64,000 nt of DNA from Deltaproteobacteria bacterium (GTDB lineage Bacteria; Myxococcota_A; UBA796; SXON01), in contig CANLGL010000004.1 in the NCBI GenBank assembly GCA_947490345.1, forward strand, positions 7,147 through 71,146, given 5' to 3'. This document shows positions 62,438 through 64,000 of this stretch, piece after piece. Numbering within the stretch: position 1 is the first letter of the stretch; each line of letters begins with the position of its first letter. The notes beneath the pieces were generated by a model. That model had not been told where the DNA came from and made no database searches. It worked only from the letters and a program-made list of their open reading frames with translations. A program made the position numbers and the translations under genes.

Positions 62438-62575
62438 TGGGGGAGAGCGGCTGCTTCGCGCGAGGCGCGTTACCCACGCGCCCCCGCTTCGCGCGAAGGC
62501 CGGAAACCGAAGGTTGGAGGCCGGAGGGTACAGCGTGGTAGGGGGAGGGCGCGCCCCGCGTCCTCCCCCCTTTTC
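62438..62575. repeat. Structured intergenic repeat, copy C
   Basis: GGGGGAGAGCGG, then hairpin CGCGT/ACGCG, then core GGCCGGAAACCGAAGGTTGGAGGCCGGAGGGTACAGCGTGGTAGGGGGAG, then hairpin GGGGGAGG/CCTCCCCC and CTTTT. Confidence 0.85.
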
Positions 62576-63392
62576 ATGAGCGCCCTCCGGAGCCCCCACG
62601 CACGTCCACCTTCTTTCGCCAGGTGTTCCAATGCGGGCCCACGCCCTCGTACGCGTCGGCGTCCGCCGCGACGCCGGCCAGCGCCCGTAAAAGCGGCCGC
62701 CCCGCGGCGCGATCATAGTGGTACACAGTCTCGTCCGGGCCGTAGCGGTGCTCGGCCCCTTTCGGGCAGGCGCTACGCGCATCGCAGGAGGACGCGCACC
62801 GCCGCGAAGCCGCGTGAAACGCCGCGCAGCGATCCACGCTCCAGGCCCCGTCCACGAAGGCGTCCCCCGGGCAGGCGGGGATGCAGGGGGCCGGGCATCC
62901 GGCGCAGGGATCCTCCTCAATCGCAGCGGAAAGCGGCACCGCCTGATCGACGAAACACGCGGCCCGCAGCCCCAACCAGAGCCCGAACTCCGGGTGGAGC
63001 ACGAGCCCCATGCGGGAGCGGCCGCCAAGGCCAGCGAGGTCGGCGAGCATCCGGAAGTCCAGGTGAAGCTCAGCATCGGCCGCGGCGAAAAACCAGCGCC
63101 GCCGCACGCCGCCGAGACCCAGATCGACCTGCTCGACCGCCCGACGCACGTACGCGTCCAGCGGATGCGCTTCCGCGGAAAGGTGCTCCGGATGCGCCCC
63201 GAGGTCAGCGATCAGCGCATTCCACAGCGTTGGGCCGCCGCTACCAAACACCAGGATGGCGCGCGTACCCGGAAGCAATCGCTCTGCCTGGCGCTCGGCT
63301 CCGGCCGTGGCGTCCCACCGCGCCGGATCCGCGACGCCGAAGGCGTTCAGTCCGATGTCGGCGAGCTCGGAGCGGAGGGCGGTGACGTCCAC
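62574..63392 (-). CDS. Fe-S protein, QueG / reductive-dehalogenase-like (Cys-rich ferredoxin region)
   Basis: EDPCAGCPAPCIPACPGDAF and CAAF...RRCASSCDARSACP Cys clusters. The N-terminal region resembles DUF1730. Assignment is tentative. Confidence 0.5.
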   Translation of the reverse strand: MDVTALRSELADIGLNAFGVADPARWDATAGAERQAERLLPGTRAILVFGSGGPTLWNALIADLGAHPEHLSAEAHPLDAYVRRAVEQVDLGLGGVRRRWFFAAADAELHLDFRMLADLAGLGGRSRMGLVLHPEFGLWLGLRAACFVDQAVPLSAAIEEDPCAGCPAPCIPACPGDAFVDGAWSVDRCAAFHAASRRCASSCDARSACPKGAEHRYGPDETVYHYDRAAGRPLLRALAGVAADADAYEGVGPHWNTWRKKVDVRGGSGGRS

Positions 63393-63545
63393 GGTGGCAG
63401 AGTAGGGCGCCGCGGTCGACGCGTCCAGGGGGCCCCCGGCACGTTGAGTGCCGGACCCCTTCCCGCGTCTGCTCGGTCGGGGCGCTTGGGCTCGCTACGC
63501 TCGTCAACGCGCCGCTCGCCCCTCGCCGTGTGACAATGCGACCGC

Positions 63546-64000
63546 GTGGCCGCCCCCCTCTTCATCATCGGCACCGAGCGATCGGGGTCCAACCTGTTGC
63601 GCCTGATCCTGGACGCCCACCCGAACATCGTCGTTCCGCATCCCCCGCACGTCATGCGCTACTTCGGGCCGCTCGAGGCCCGGTACGGCGACCTCGCGGA
63701 GCCCCCTCGCTTCGCCGCGCTGGTCGACGACGTGCTGGCCCTGGTGGGTGCCCACATCCACCCGTGGCCGTGGCTACCACCGGCCGACGCTGTCATCGCC
63801 GCCGCGCCGAAACGTTCGTTGTTCGGCGTCTACCTCGCGCTGCACGACGTCCTCCGCGCGCACGCGGGCAAGGCACGCTGGGGCTGCAAGAGCACCTTCA
63901 TGGTCGACCACGTCGATCTCGTCCGCGCCACATGCCCTGACGCACGTTTCTTGTGGTTGTACCGCGACGCCCGGGACGTGGCTGCCTCGGCGCGGGAGTC
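63546..64000 (+). CDS. Sulfotransferase family protein, 3' end outside window
   Basis: It is not in the ORF track (there is no stop inside the window). GTG 63546 follows an in-frame TGA at 63531. LFIIGTERSGSNLLRLIL (PAPS 5'-phosphosulfate loop) and FLWLYRDARDVAAS motifs. Confidence 0.7.
   Translation, partial: MAAPLFIIGTERSGSNLLRLILDAHPNIVVPHPPHVMRYFGPLEARYGDLAEPPRFAALVDDVLALVGAHIHPWPWLPPADAVIAAAPKRSLFGVYLALHDVLRAHAGKARWGCKSTFMVDHVDLVRATCPDARFLWLYRDARDVAASARE

Noticed and set aside
1-64000. tRNA, rRNA, tmRNA or other classical RNA genes.
   Set aside because: I scanned the larger noncoding gaps (35.25-35.70, 40.17-40.37, 41.66-41.84, 43.39-43.62, 47.03-47.11, 55.95-56.39 and 56.78-56.91 kb) by eye. 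I saw no cloverleaf-compatible arms or T-loop GGTTCGAATCC-type motif. A proper tRNAscan/Infernal run is still needed.

Overview
This is visibly GC-rich (roughly 70% by eye, not computed) bacterial chromosomal DNA, densely coding on both strands. I can support about 70 protein-coding genes. I found no rRNA, tRNA, CRISPR array or transposase. Many lipoprotein signal peptides, two ECF sigma/anti-sigma pairs, FG-GAP, WD40 and RCC1-like repeat proteins and one MYXO-CTERM-like tail suggest a Myxococcota-like organism; that is inference only. Housekeeping anchors are rpsO-pnp, atpZ-atpI-atpB-atpE (F0 sector only), dapD-dapE plus a distant DapC-like aminotransferase, mltG and pspA. Between them lie accessory patches of unknown function. 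The stretches most worth a second look are: (1) a WD40 / XPB helicase / Bax1 (DUF790) nuclease operon at 27.7-32.1 kb, pressed against a surface-protein gene that has lost its signal peptide. (2) A decayed toxin-antitoxin patch at 34.4-35.3 kb with a nonsense-interrupted PIN (vapC) gene, a start-less ORF fragment and three tandem 47-nt hairpin repeats. (3) Two operons of unknown lipoproteins, each preceded by simple-sequence tracts: C8/T6 just after an ATG with a strong RBS at 35.72 kb, and (GA)9 plus direct and inverted repeats at 43.5-43.6 kb. (4) A small-protein plus nucleotidyltransferase-fold two-gene module at 41.8-42.6 kb, with a truncated paralogous copy at 53.0-53.5 kb. (5) A roughly 130-nt structured intergenic repeat present three times. 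(6) A ferritin-like / carbamoyltransferase / DUF5989 / nuclease / DUF3634 operon. (7) A HEAT / B12-radical-SAM / membrane / DUF218 operon. All functional calls come from motifs read by eye in the supplied translations; no database search was run. Start codons are often uncertain because long spurious ORFs are common in GC-rich DNA. I cannot say which candidate, if any, is the intended undescribed system.
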